DNA of 63,957 bases, counting the filler, from Octopus bimaculoides (taxonomy: Eukaryota), in NCBI RefSeq assembly GCF_001194135.2. It is 8 parts of 7 records of this genome, joined end to end, with 100 filler letters (N's around TTAATTAATTAA, not from the genome) between each part and the next. Parts side by side here need not be neighbours in the genome. Positions count along the whole stretch, not along the records: positions 62,718 to 63,957 come from NW_026349835.1; 7 more parts are not named here. One strand, given 5' to 3'. Numbering within the stretch: position 1 is the first letter of the stretch; the number at the start of each line of letters is the position of its first letter. The translations under genes were made by a program, and so were the position numbers. The notes beneath the pieces are model-generated. The model saw only the letters and a list, made by a program, of their open reading frames with translations. It had not been told where the DNA came from and searched no databases. Below, piece after piece: positions 62,730 through 63,957 of this stretch.

Positions 62730-63141
62730 GGCGTAGGAGTGGCTGTGTGGTAAGTAGCTTGCTTACCAACCACATTGTTCCGGGTTCAGTCCCACTGCGT
62801 GACATGTTGGGCAAGTGTCTTCTACTATAGCCTCGGGCCACCCAAGGCCTTGTGAGTGGATTTGGTAGACGGAAACTGAAAGAAGCTCGTCGTATATATG
62901 TATGTATATATATGTGTGTGTGTGTGTGTGTGTTTGTGTGTCTGTGTTTGTCCTTCCAACATCGCTTGACAACTGATGCTGGTGTGTTTACGTCCCCGTA
63001 ACTTAGCGGTTCGGCAAAATAGACCGATAGAATAAGTACTAGGCTTCCAAAGAATAAGTCCTGGGGTCGATTTGCTCGACTAAAGACGGTGCTCCAGCAT
63101 GGCCACAGTCAAAAGACTGAAACAAGTAAAAGAGTAAAGAG
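62730..63141 (+). mobile_element. Full-length SINE family B
   Basis: Highly similar to 40832-41250. Confidence 0.92.
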
Positions 63142-63412
63142 TATATATATACAAGCATGTATATATATGTATACATATATATGTATATACATGTATAAGT
63201 GTGTGTGTGTGTGTTAATTTTAATGTGTTTTTTTTTAAAGCCAGAACAATGCAATTTATAAAAATAAAACAAATCGACAGTTTTACTCGATATTTCACTA
63301 CTTTAGGGTCAGGACCCCTTCCTCTGGAAATCTAAGGAGAAAAGTTGTCCTGTGTCCCGTAGTGGGCGTGTATTTGATATACGTCGCTATAGCAGCCAAC
63401 CGGTTGTGTGCA

Positions 63413-63737
63413 ATTCTGACCCGTTACTAATTCGTGGTGTCTATTTCTTAATTAAAAGAGATTTTATTCTCAAGTTCCCAGTTTTTCTGTCTGTAGCTTC
63501 TAGGGAAACCTGGATGTCTTGGGTGTGGCGTTTCTCTAGATGTTTTTTTGGCGCAATAATCATTAGCATAGAGGTGTTCTTTAGTCCGTATGTATAATTG
63601 TTTGGCGGTACTTCCTTTATACTAATGCTTCTTGCGTCAAAAATCATCTACAGAAATGCCCCACCCAGGGAACTTGAGAATAAAAGAAGCCCTTTTAATT
63701 AAAAAATACACAGCACGTATTAATAACACAACAGAAT
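63413..63737. mobile_element. Degenerate foldback/MITE-like element with about 67-70 bp imperfect inverted arms
   Basis: 63413-63479 versus the reverse complement of 63668-63737, sharing ttaattaaaag..ttttattctcaagttccc. Confidence 0.65.
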
Positions 63738-63957
63738 CTCTCGCGATGGATTGGTTAATATAGCGATTCATATGAAACAAACTCACGCACACTACAGGAT
63801 AGAGAAGTCATGGAATTGCAACTTTTCTCCAAAGATTTCCCGAGCAAGGCTTCCCAAAACTGAAACACTGAAATAATACAGATAAAACTATCAATCTGCT
63901 TTATTTGTATAAATTGCATTGTTTTTGGCTGAAAAAAAAATACAATTATAAACATTT

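Overview
AT-rich, microsatellite-saturated, gap-ridden eukaryotic DNA. The SINE families, (TA)n/(CA)n density and scaffold style suggest a coleoid cephalopod (Octopus-like); this is an inference, as no database was searched. About a fifth of the window is N. Seven 100-bp spacers (N44-TTAATTAATTAA-N44) are artificial joins, so adjacency across them is not guaranteed. No protein-coding gene can be named with confidence, and almost all ORF-track entries are N or microsatellite read-throughs. What can be supported: many tRNA-derived SINE copies of at least four families, a CR1-clade LINE 3' remnant, four Tc1/mariner remnants (two are copies of a MITE built from two left ends), hAT and Helentron/DINE-like fragments, and several low-confidence exon candidates. 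The most interesting signal is a set of unrelated short (200-330 bp) repeats beside (TA)n tracts. Each carries a minimal type I hammerhead-ribozyme-like motif with a palindromic stem III, as in Penelope-like elements and retrozymes. One is identical over 39 nt in two diverged copies and has a compensatory U3-A8 core, one element has motifs on both strands, and one is fused to a tRNA-like SINE head. Also notable are a 130-bp, 128/130-identical inverted duplication flanking 1.6 kb of old sequence, and recurrent SINE-in-SINE dimers.
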